A stretch of DNA of 64,000 nt, from contig NC_092672.1 in NCBI RefSeq assembly GCF_964355755.1, forward strand, positions 22,085,237 to 22,149,236, given 5' to 3'. The position numbers were made by a program, and so were the translations under genes. The notes under the pieces are model-generated. The model was not told the origin of the DNA, did no database searches, and worked only from the letters and a program-made list of their open reading frames with translations. Below, piece after piece: positions 26,401 through 37,322 of this stretch. Within the stretch, counting starts at the first letter, position 1, and each line of letters begins with the position of its first letter. Origin of the DNA: Antedon mediterranea (Eukaryota > Animalia > Echinodermata).

Positions 26401-29400
26401 GAGCTCAATTACTATTATGAATTCAAGAGTTTAAAAAGAAAACACGATTTACAATCTTCGGAAAATACCCATTTTCAAAACACACGCACTCCTAAAACTA
26501 CCAGCGTCACGTTGTCAAGCTCGCTCCTCGTGTGAATGCTGACGTCATCACTCTCCAAAATACACCATTTTCCATTGCCTGGTCTGTGTGTGCACAAGCG
26601 TTAGCGTGGTATATTTACACCCCTGAGTGGAGTGTAATATCGGGAACTTTTTTCTCGCGCATGAAAGTTTTTTGTATAATATTATGGTATGCAGTATAAA
26701 CGATAAAAATAAACGAGAAACATGGTGTTCTTTTATTATTTTATAGGCATAAAATAAACATGAAATGTCTTGTATGTACACGGGACGGCCGAAAAAAGTA
26801 TGTGGCGTATTTGGCGTTTTTTGATTTGTGTTATAGACACGGCGATTACTGCGATCATTGTATACCAAATTACATTGAGTTATTCACCCGGCTGTAGGGT
26901 ATATATATCTCTGAGGTTAACAGACCACCAAAACACGGTACACAACACATGCACTCTATCGAGGCATTTTCGGAGTACCGCAACCAAATGTTCATTTTGT
27001 TTGAAGGTTTTTCGATCAAAGTTTATTATTAGTTCGTCGAAAAAGATCCGTACAGTATTTAGGAAGGATGTATTTAAATTTACATTATGTAATATTTGTT
27101 ATTAAGTGTGATGGAAACAGTTTCTCTAGCCTATTAAACAGTGTGTAAGCATCTATTTTTTCAAAAATTTTCGGAAACTCGGGAGGGGGACACCCCCTCC
27201 CAAACCCTCCCCCGCACCTCGTTTGCCACTTTCGTGGCCACCCCCCCCCCCCCTCGTCAGATCCTAGATCCGCCACTGTAGCACGCTAGTGCGACCGCGG
27301 AGTGATTGTCGGGGTTTCCTCTCTGATGATGGGGGGGGGGGGTGCGTGCCGATCGTGTGACCTGAGACTACATAGCGGGGCTTCCCCTTTTATGCCTACA
27401 CGCTCCGTGTTTTGTGTATCATTTTTAACGTTTTGGGGCGACTTTGTGATGGGGCGACTTTGCGATGGGGCGACTTTGCGATGGGGCGACTGTGTAAGGG
27501 GCGACTTTGCGATGGGGCGACTTGATTAGCTATATGTTACTATATATAGGAGTATTTTTATAATTTACATGCACAGGTCAAAATTAACAAGTTATGCATT
27601 ATGATGGTACGGTAGTACTGTAGTTTCCATCATAAGTGCTCCGTTTAAGCACTGAGTGAGTACATATTATATGGTATGTAATTTAAATGTGAATGGGAAA
27701 TAGAGAGAAACAAGCTTCAAATTGGAGCTACTGTATAGTACATATAATATTAATAATAAAATGTGAATTGTTTGTGTATTATTTTGTAGATTATTAAAAA
27801 CAAAGGGTGTGACAATGAAGAAGGATTCACAGACGTTCTGAGAGTCGTAAGGAATTGATGTTTTAATTTATGTAATTATGTTAAGTTATCTGGCTGATAA
27901 TGGTACAAGTAGCAAAATACAGTTCATGTGTGTGTTGTAGCAGAATACGGTACCTGTGTTCAGAATATGGTACATGTGTAGCAGAATACGGTACCTATGT
28001 AGCAGAATAGTGTACATGTGTAGCAGAATACGGTACATGTGTGTAGCAGAATACGGCACATGTGTGTAGCAGAATACGGTACATGTGTAGCAGAATACGG
28101 TACATGTGTAGCATAATACGGTACCTGTGTAGCAGAATACGGTACCTGTGTATCAGAATACGGTACCTGTGTATCAGAATACGGTACCTGTGTAGCAGAA
28201 TACAGTACCTGTCTAGCAGAAAATTTTTCCCATAGTGGGACATTCAAATGCAAAACTATATTTTCTTTATTTTATTTCATACTATTAAACACATGTTATC
28301 TCACTAACAATTCATTTCAGGTTAAAACAGAAGTAGAACGTAGAAAATCACTTGGCCGAGATTATTTAAAGAGAAAAGAGACAATTTTAAAACATTACAC
28401 ACCACTCCATCAAGAGATATACAAACTACAGGTATGGAATTAAGTAGTAAAAAAATTAAAAGAATATTTTACCTGTTAACTACACCTTGCTGATGGAATA
28501 CAACTATGAATGCATGTCTGATTTTGTAAAGAACAACTATTACAACAAATGTTTAGCTTGACTATTTGCCTGACTACAACTGACAAGGACAACTTCCCCC
28601 TTTAGTTATATATTTAGTCAAGATATTTAACTAAAAAATTTGAAATAGTTGGAAAATTTTTCATCTTTATGGTATTATTTTCTCATTGAAATTGTTGTAG
28701 ATTTCATTTCTGAGCCTAACATTTCTGAAGTTGGTTGAACATAGCAAGCAGAAAAATGCATCAATGCAAAGTTTGATAAAACTCATGAGTACTGAAAAAG
28801 GTTTGTTGATAGTTGACCTATTGTAATCAAATTCTATAAAAAAATAGTAAAGGATTCTAACTTAAATAACTGTACATTGTGAAGCTCATTCTGCCATGGA
28901 ACAGTAATCGTAAAAGATAAAAATCAAAGCTATACACTAGTATAGCAGGCTTTCCTATATGATTAAAACTATTTGACGAAAAGGCATATTTCAAACACAT
29001 TAAAGGAAAAGTTAAGCACACAAAAAATGGCAAAATTACATGTTTTTGCATTGTTATTTTGTGAACAATGGATGTTCTATAACTCATTAAAATGGCATTC
29101 AAAAACTTGCATATTTACTGTAATTACGTTTTATGTTTCACATTTAACTGTTTTTTTTTTATGTAGGAGAGCGTATTTACTCTTTTCCAATATTTACTGA
29201 AGAGTTTTGTAATTCATTTAAAGAAGAAATAGAACATTTTGAAAACACAGATTTACCAAAAGGAAGACCAAATACAATGAACAATTATGGCGTAAGTGTG
29301 GCTACCGTAAATGCCCTGCTTTGCATAAACTAATCAAAAACCCCACCTCAAATATTAACTCCCCTACCCCATAGAACATCATTTGGTATAAATGCCCCTC

Positions 29401-30639
29401 ATAAACATGACATGACTTCCATAATCTACAATTGACCAAGCATTGTGATTTTTACTGTATTTTATGACTTCTTGATATCAATTTTGTTTTTAAAGAATTT
29501 ATTTGATTTCTTTGTTATGTAGAAGGATTGAAAATAAATAAAAATAAAATAAAAGCCACTACTATTAGTAAGGCATAGACCTGCTTAAAATTCTCAAAAT
29601 GTATTATGTTGTAGGTATTAATGAATGAATTGGGATTTGATGACTACTTCATCACACCTTTACGTCAGAATTACATAACTCCACTCGCTAGGCTCTTGTA
29701 TCCAGACTGTGGTGGAGACTTGTTAGACTCTCACAAAGCTTTTGTTGTAAAGTACAAGATTGGAGAAGATTTGGATCTTAACTATCATTATGATAATGCA
29801 GAGGTCACTCTTAATATATCACTTACAAGTGATTTCACTGAGGGCTCATTGTATTTTGGAGGCATGCGTCATGTAAGTAAAAACAATGCCTGAATGTATC
29901 TGGTTATAAAAAACAAAGCAACGATTTGTATAATTTTGGCACTGAATACCATAATTAAATGGTTTACATTGTATTTTAGGTAATACTTTATGACCAATAT
30001 GATTTTGTTATTATGACCCGAATACAATATTTTAAAGTAAAAATGTATCTATATTGGTGACAATCATATTGTATATATTCTCCCAACCACCCTCAGATGC
30101 TTTGTTTTCAGTACCTGAACTTTTCTGTTCATACACATGATAAAGAATCAAGACAAGGTGTTCTTAATGTCATTTCCTGGTGGCAGTCTGAAGCCAATCT
30201 AACATTAGTCATATAAAATATTGTACACTAGGCTTCCATTTTGGCTTTTGTATACCTCTGTTGAATCTACAAGTGACATGGTTGTCTTTTATATAGCAAC
30301 ATAGCAGGTTTGTTAATTTTGTGTTGTTTTTAACAGCAACGAGGAATAGAAGAACCACAGCGTACTGAATATTGCCACAAGCCAACGTATGGTTTAATTC
30401 ATCGAGGACAACACAAGCCAACGTATGGTTTAATTCATCGAGGACAACACATGCACGGTGCTCTTCCAATAGCAGATGGTGAACGGTACAATCTAATTAT
30501 TTGGATGCGATCTTCCAAAATAAGGAATAAATTGTGTCCAATGTGTGATAATAAACCTCAACTTATTAAGACTGTTGGATTCGGAGATGGATTCACTCAA
30601 CCAGAAAATACAACTGTTGATGTTTGTTGTACTTTATAA
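17407..30639 (+). CDS. OGFOD2: 2-oxoglutarate and iron-dependent oxygenase domain-containing protein 2 (complete, 7 exons)
   Basis: Exons 17407-17535, 27790-27846, 28321-28431, 28701-28800, 29167-29291, 29615-29872, 30337-30639, all GT-AG and in phase. N-terminal CSCYYTHNIF...LHV; PKGRPNTMNNYG; LDSHKAFVVKY; HxD motif HYDNAEVTLN; distal His in HMHGALP; ERYNLIIWMRS; LCPMC. Confidence 0.93.
17584..17606. mobile_element. 23-bp palindromic insertion with 7-bp TSD (probable excision footprint)
   Basis: caaagaactt-ata-aagttctttg flanked by gtactag on both sides. Confidence 0.6.
19849..20347 (+). pseudogene. Degenerate, intron-containing protein kinase fragment inside the transposon
   Basis: YVHNDI (catalytic-loop-like) after an AG at ~19848; then after ttacag at ~20026 NNVV...TIDYGKA (DFG-like), FPWTAPE (subdomain VIII), SAIYAFG (subdomain IX, Asp lost); frameshifted. 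Confidence 0.7.
20748..21576. repeat. Minisatellite, 19/23-bp unit (array 1)
   Basis: Units gggtacaaaaac(a/g)gtggca and gggtacaaaaacgatggcagct; source of many spurious ORFs. Confidence 0.95.
21756..22852. repeat. Minisatellite, 19/23-bp unit (array 2)
   Basis: Same unit as array 1, more degenerate toward the right end. Confidence 0.95.
24808..27527. mobile_element. Foldback-like composite TIR element
   Basis: Left arm tcaagtcgccccatcgcaaagtcgcccca; right arm repeats ggggcgactttgcgat and ends cgacttga. Interior has inverted homology to 17700-18620. Termini decayed, no clear TSD. Confidence 0.7.
26182..27278. mobile_element. Nested hAT-like non-autonomous element
   Basis: 16-bp TIR cagtggcggatctagg / cctagatccgccactg; 5-bp direct repeat tagca on both flanks; G/C-run subtermini. 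Confidence 0.82.
27935..28221. repeat. Minisatellite, ~21-23-bp unit, ~13 copies
   Basis: Unit gtagcagaatacggtac(a/c)tgt. Confidence 0.92.
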
Positions 30640-31329
30640 TGCATAGGTCAACAATTTTACAACTCAAATAATATATTTAAAAGATTCTTCCAATGTACAT
30701 GTGTCTTTATGACCTCTCTGCGACCTAACTATGTGATATGTGACATGTAAAGATGTCAAGAATGGTTGAGCCCCATGTTAAGGCATAAAGATGTAGCAGA
30801 GACATGGGTTTGAAACGTTTTTTGTTTGAAAAAGTGTGTCGACTGTGAGGTTTAAGAGGAGATAGAATATGGGAAAACATAGTCTCCATTAAAGTATTAT
30901 AGTACTGTATATACATTATTATATTATTATAAATATATATTATATAATACAAAGAATAATAAACTTTTATAAAGCGCTATTTACTGATGTTTTACAGCAC
31001 TAAAAGACCAACAAGAATTATTGAAAAGGTGAGATTTTAGAAGTTACTTGATTTACTTAAGAGATTTACATTGACGGGTATGGAGTGGAAGCTGGTTCCA
31101 AACTAGTGACACTTGTGCAAAAAACTCCTTGAAAATAAGCTTAATTATTGTTTGATAATTGTAAAAAGTAATTAATATATTGTTGATGGAAAATGTTTTA
31201 ATAAACAAACGAAAATAAAGAACTGATTGTAAAATAGTTGGAAAAATGTTTTAATAAAACGAAAGAAGAACTAATTGTAACATATTGTTGGAAATGTTTA
31301 ATAAACAACAATAAAAGAAACTGCTTTAG

Positions 31330-31756
31330 TTGTTGGAAAATGATAGAAAGAACATAAACGGCCATCTCTTGCAGAAGCCGATTTAGTTCATTGTTGAAAA
31401 TGATAGAAAGAACATAAACGGCCATCTCTTGCATAGGCCTATATAGTTCATTGTTGAAAATGATAGAAAGAACATAAACGGCCATCTCTTGAATAGGCCT
31501 ATTTAGTTCATTGTTGAAAATGATAGAAAGAACATAAACGGCCATCTCTTGAATAGGCCTATTTAGTTCATTGTTGAAAATGATAGAAAGAACATAAACG
31601 GCCATCTCTTACAGAGGGCTATTTAGTTCATTGTTGAAAATGATAGAAAGAACATAAACGGCCATCTCTTGCAGAGGCCTATTTAGTTCATTGTTGAAAA
31701 TGATAGAAAGAACATAAACGGCCATCTCTTACAGAGGCCTATTTAGTTCATTGTTG
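31330..31756. repeat. 60-bp tandem repeat x7 beginning at the GST stop codon (3' UTR)
   Basis: Minus-strand unit CAACAATGAactaaataggcctctgtaagagatggccgtttatgttctttctatcatttt; it contains the last two codons plus TGA. Confidence 0.92.
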
Positions 31757-34700
31757 GCAAACTGCTTTCAGTGGTTTATTCAATTCATCGTAATCTGGAT
31801 TCAATTTGTCTTCTACACGTTTCATCCAGTCAGCAATTTCCGGCTGGTTCTTCAGTAAACCTTTACCAGATGGACAGGCCAACGGTTGAACAAGCTGAAA
31901 GAATTTAAAAAATACTACTATTATAATGAAATATTTTAATTGGAACGAATGAAATTTGTTCTTACTAATGCATGCACTAATCATGTAACATAAACTCCAA
32001 ATATTTAGAATTTCGTTTTTTTTATCGATATATGTTTCGGGTTGATGAATAAACAACGATATGCATCTTATAAAATCAAACAATGCTTCTCAGAAGGTTG
32101 TCCGTTAATCGTTGATGAATAAAGAGCAATAGGATTATTTGGACAATGGGAATGTATCGCATAAATCAAACATTGCTCCTTTAAAAGTTTGTCTGTTGAA
32201 CGTTGATGAATTAAGAGCGATAGCATGATTTGGACAACGGGAATGTCTTTATCGTATAAAATTAACTATAGCTCCGTTGGAAGGTTGTCCGTTGATGGTT
32301 AATGAATAAAGAGCAATAGGATGATTTGGACAATGGGAATGTATCGTATAAAATTAACTATAGCTCAGTCGGAAGGTTGTCAGTTGATGGTTTATGAATA
32401 AAGAGCGATAGGATGATTTGGACAATGGGAATGTATCGTATAAAATCAACTATCTCCGTCGGAAGGTCGTCCGTTGATGGTTAATGAATAGCCTAATGAA
32501 CGATACTTGATTGAGACAGTGGAATGTATGGTACATTATGTACAACCATGGAGTTGTAAAATAAGTTATTTTACAACTCCCTGGTACAACTATGGAGGAA
32601 AATGATTAAAATTTCGAATTACTTATTTTTGTATTGAGGTAACATGCACATTATCTGATTCTGCGCATGCCAAACCAAAATATTAACCACAACCTAAACT
32701 TCTTTTAAATCTAGTGATTACCTCACAAATAGCAAACAAGTCGGCAACAGATATCTCGTCTCCACACAAGAACCTCTTTCCTTTGAGAAATAACCTATTT
32801 ATCTTGCCGATGGACTCTTCAGCTTCTTTGACAAACTTGTCGACTGCCTCCTGATCTTTTAGTTTCCCGGTACGTTTTGGAACAAATATCTGTATACAAA
32901 TATAACAGTGGTCTTATTTTGACTAGTTGTGTAGGTTTTAAGTTGCTCCCGTATATCTCATTAATCTAGCCGTCGTTTTTGTAACTGGCGTTTTTATAGT
33001 TGCATGAGTTATGTATTTTTTAAACTTTACTTTTAAATTATGATATCGGATATCAAACTTTTCTAGAGACTTCTTCTTCTAAAAACTCAGATATCTTCTT
33101 TAGATCTACAAAAGTCGGATTTCTTTTTTGATAGATCTGAGAAACTCGGATATCTGGCTTTTCTGACTTAGGTTTCGCCTTATTCCAGCCCATTCTCCCT
33201 TTAATTACATCTTCCCGAATTTAGCCATATGACCGTAATGTTAGTTTTGCGCCTTCATACCACACATTCTTAGCAGCATAACATTGAAATGAAACATTAC
33301 ATTGTTATTTACCTCATTCACCATCACGTTAATTCCCGCTTTCCTAATACCTGTATGCTGCCAGGCTAAGTATGCAGCAATCTGAGCCCGAGTCTCAATA
33401 TTTTTAGGATACCAATGATCTGCTACGTTGTATTTTGCCGCCAGATATCTCACTATTGCAGTACTACAAAGAAACAAACCAGAATTCAAAAGGGCCTTAT
33501 TATTTATAGACTGTCGTTACCAAGTTTTAAATGTTTAGGCCTATAGATATAGGAAAGTGTTCGTTAGTGACCAATATGTTGTCAACTTGTAATTTCTGTG
33601 TTGTATCACCTGCAATTAGGGGATATTGGAGAAAATGATTAATGAAATTGAAAAAAAAAACTTCTTCACACTTGCATTCTTTACAATGTAGCCTACATGG
33701 TTGGACAAGGGGAGTAAGGCATACATTTCTCCAAGTGTGAAATCACCATATTTAATTGCTGGTACTGACTGAGCTGGCTGGATTGCAGTGTATTCTGGCA
33801 TTCTATGCTCACCTGTCAAACAACATTATACCTTATTATTTTCTACAGTATATACAAAATGTCTAATACAATTTTTGAAAATAATTAAACAGCTTTAAGA
33901 CAGTGGACTACATTCAGTCAATAAAGGCTCATTATACTAGGACGATTACAAAGGTAAATATACATTTTCCTATTTTTCTATTTTCGTCCAATTAAATGAC
34001 GTCATGATTTGTAATAGCAATACTATCGTGACGATACCACAATTTTATTGTTCTTATTGATCATGACGTCATTTTCATTTGATTTTTAAAAAAAAATCTT
34101 ATTTTAGGCCAAAGACAGCAGCATAAGTGTTATAGTTTCGAAAATTTTCTAATTTTGTTTTTTAAATAAATATCTTTGTTTTATATATTATCGTCGTTCG
34201 TTATCATTCGTAGTATAACCGGACCTTATATTATCGTCGTTCGTTATCGTTCGTAGTATAACCGGACCTTATATTATCGTCGTTCATTATCGTTCGTAGT
34301 ATAACCGGACCTTAAATCACGAAGAATTATATTTTGGACAACCTACTGTACTGTAGTAAATGTATGAATAATTATACAATGAAATGAATGTTTAAAATTA
34401 CAATATTCTTTTTGCTGATTCTTTCCGCAATTTTGATTATCCTTGAGATAACAAATATTTAGTGGCTCTGAAATGTTGACTATTATTAAAAACCACAGCA
34501 AAGGGACCTGTAACATCGGTAATTAGACCTATAATATTTGTAGACCTGATTATCAAACCAGGCACACTATAGTGTTTTCATTGTAAACCTTGTTCCTATG
34601 AATGAATGAAAATCACTGACAAAAGCATGATTAAGCAAATTTGTCTGGGTATTTTTAGAAACTCCATATAAATATTTCATGTGCACATGTTTATTCACAT

Positions 34701-35278
34701 AGAGGTGAGGAGATCTTGGTCTTGGTCTTGGACGCAAAGTGAAGGGGTTGTTATTTTTTCCCCTCTCCGTCATCACTCTGATTCAGGATTTTTAAGGTGG
34801 TCAACTCATTTTTTATTCCCTTTTTTTTGAGCTGAGAAATGCTACGATAACTTGGAATGTGATCTATTAGAGTGCTGTTTCTAAAAAATATGTTTCACTT
34901 GCCAAGGCAGCATACATGGGATGGGGGAGGGGGTAGTTGTGCTAGGGGATAGTTGTGCTAGGGGGTAATTGTCCGGGTGGTAGTTGTCCTTAGGGGGTAG
35001 TTTTCCTATAGGGTAGTTGTCCTATGGGTAATTGTCCGGTTGGTAGTTGTCCTATGGGGGTAATTGTCCGGGTGGTAGTTGTTCGGGTGGTAATTGTCTA
35101 GGTAGTTGTCTGGATACCTTTAAAACAACAGCATATTTTAATAGTGACTAAAATAAAAAAGCATACCTTTTGCCAAGTCGATGACTTTTTCATGGTAGGG
35201 TATCTTGTTATATTTGCAAAACAATACTACGGCACGACTAGGTTGAGATAATGGATTATAGTACACTGTTAAAGCCAT
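31748..35278 (-). CDS. GSTT: Glutathione S-transferase, theta class (complete, 5 exons)
   Basis: Exons 35278-35167, 33812-33725, 33463-33313, 32889-32722, 31894-31748. MALTVYYNPLSQPSRAV (theta catalytic Ser motif), GEH...VPAI, DHWYP, YLAWQH, FLCGDEISVADLFAICEL. Confidence 0.92.
32080..32530. repeat. Tandem repeat, ~90-bp unit, ~5 diverged copies
   Basis: Unit gaaggttgtccgttgatggttaatgaataaagagcaataggatgatttggacaatgggaatgtatcgtataaaat... Confidence 0.85.
32547..32583. mobile_element. 37-bp palindromic insertion with 7-bp TSD (probable excision footprint)
   Basis: catggagttgtaaaataa-g-ttattttacaactccctg flanked by gtacaac on both sides. Confidence 0.7.
34186..34313. repeat. ~43-bp tandem repeat x3
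   Basis: Unit tatattatcgtcgttcgttatcgttcgtagtataaccggacct. Confidence 0.9.
34930..35118. repeat. gggtagttgtcc subrepeat array (likely a single arm of a foldback element)
   Basis: ~11 copies of ggta(g/a)ttgt(c/g) ending in ggatacc. Confidence 0.65.
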
Positions 35279-35429
35279 CTTTAGCTTTAGTAGAACAATT
35301 TAATTGTACAGTATTATCAGGGAGTAGCAACTATCTGGTATTATCAAGTGACTGGAGCGGCTGCAATGCTAATGTCAACAAAGTTCGTGCAAAGAGTCAA
35401 TTGAATATCATTCATGAGCGTGATCTGAT

Positions 35430-35459
35430 CAGGGAGTTGTTATTAGTAACAACTCCCTG
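35430..35459. mobile_element. 30-bp palindromic insertion with 7-bp TSD (probable excision footprint), 150 bp upstream of the GST ATG
   Basis: cagggagttgtta-ttag-taacaactccctg flanked by atctgat on both sides. Confidence 0.7.
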
Positions 35460-36308
35460 ATCTGATTATTCAACCATATCAACGTCTTTTGTACATTTGA
35501 CCTTGTCATCTCCTTCCGTTTTTCACAAATAAGAGAGCCTAAATAATGCTATAGAAGTTTGTTTGAATTAACAGTTACGGTTGTGTAATTGTAAAAAAAA
35601 ATTGTCGTCATAATTATTTATATTTGTTTTATACATTATTACCGTATCGTTATAGTGGAGGTCATGCATTGTTAAATGTGGGCTCTTATTAGGCTCTGTT
35701 TTCGCTGCAAAAAAAACAACAAAAAAACAAAAAACAAAAACTAATGGTTAAAAACGTGTGATTGTAAATAATTACCATCACATTTCTTTCCTGGCAACGT
35801 TGAGAGATTTTAAAAGACTTGCATCGGACTATAAAAATGCCCCATAATAACAATCACCCATTAAGGTAACAGTTTTAACCACTAACGTAACCAACTTCAA
35901 TAACCACGTAACAAACTTAACCATTAACTTAACAAAGGGTAACTACTAACGTAACAACAGTAGAAAATTCGTGTAAGTTAAACATCTTATTTTTAACTTC
36001 AGTTTCCGTCCGTGTGTGTTTGTCTATTCTCTATAAAAAAAGTGTCCAGCCATTGAAGTTTAAAGTCACTGGACAGACAGACATGATACAAATGGAAATG
36101 GAACGGCTTCGTCACAATAAGGTTTCCATACGAAAATAATGGGTTTCTTACGGATATAACATTTATTGCCCGCCGGACTAAGACAGATAATTCATAATAG
36201 GCTGAAGTTTTATGATTGAAATTTAATTTTCAGCTGTAAATCAACACACCATACGTCTAAAGATCAACACATCGAAGGATCGATACACCAACGTTGTCAG
36301 TATGATAT

Positions 36309-36422
36309 AAACAAGGCCATATACATGGCTGCAGTCGCGTGCTCAAGTTAGTGTTTACCGACCAACCGACCGACCAACCGACCGACATAGTGAGCTGTAG
36401 AGTGGCTTTGCACGTGACTAAA
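36309..36422 (+). mobile_element. Short Helentron/DINE-like non-autonomous element
   Basis: aacaaggcca...agtcgcgtgc, (ccga/ccaa)n microsatellite, gacatagtg...tagagt...gactaa 3' end; same family as 58607-59467. Confidence 0.55.
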
Positions 36423-36589
36423 AAAAAGAAATTTAGTTAAAATTAACACTATTATTTATCATCTGGTAGGATGATATTTGTTTCCAAAAAGATAGAATTG
36501 ATGTAATGTGTATGGCCTTGCTGATGCAATTGATGGTTAACATTGTTTGTGTTTTTTTGAGTTTAGTAATTTCATTTGGAACTCAGACT

Positions 36590-37322
36590 GAAATCTATGC
36601 TGTTTGTCCTTGTTACCAGTGTTAGTGGATTCTTGCTGGTTGTTTGGACCGATGGATCTTTTCTGGTTTCAGCTTTACTATGGAATAGAGCAGAGCATGG
36701 TCTGTGTCACAGTTTGCGCTGTGGAAACAGCGAGTAAGGGATGCGTTGCTGAGGAAGGATCTCGCTAGGATATGGTCCAGTGATGCCAGTCCTTGGATCA
36801 TGGATAGCACCATGAGACTCTCCTCTTGAAAGATATTCCATAAAAGGTGTTAGTGACGGTGAAGTGCAGTGAATTCAAGGAGTCTACGTCCATTACTGTT
36901 TAATTTTCAAACACCAAAACATCTTTTGTGAGGGGACCAAGGCAGAAAATCTGCCCCGACACGTACATTGAAATCTCCAAAGATAAGTATTGTTCTCTTT
37001 TCAGGATCTTCAAGACAGCTTGATCTTATTGAGTATAGAACCCATCAATTACTTCCGTCGGAGCTTGCATAGTCGGAGCATAGATATTAATTAGGCTAAC
37101 GACTCCAAGATTGGTGTGAAGCTTCATTGAGATCGTCCGTTCATTTCCATCAGTAGGTGGTTCTATAAATGGCAGGATAGATCTACTCGTTTCTCTCCAT
37201 TATTTTCACCTTTCCAGAAATGTTATAGTTCTTTTCTGCAAATGAACCTAAGCCAGGAATTCTTGTTTCCTGGAGTGCTGCTATGTCGATATTTAATCGC
37301 TGTAATTCTTGATCGATGATTT
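36590..37322 (-). mobile_element. Degenerate RTE-clade LINE, APE endonuclease region
   Basis: Minus-strand translation gives ELQRLNIDIAALQETR, INIYAPT, GDFNVRVG, LDHIL, CDTDHALL, with frameshifts and stops; 37640-38300 may be its 5' region. Confidence 0.78.

Noticed and set aside
31198-31605. 135-aa ORF with a 20-aa repeat
   Set aside because: Alternative frame of the 60-bp GST 3' UTR repeat.
33994-34075. Two TGACGTCA (CRE) sites in GST intron 1
   Set aside because: They are the two arms of one imperfect inverted repeat, likely a MITE relic, so not independent evidence of regulation.
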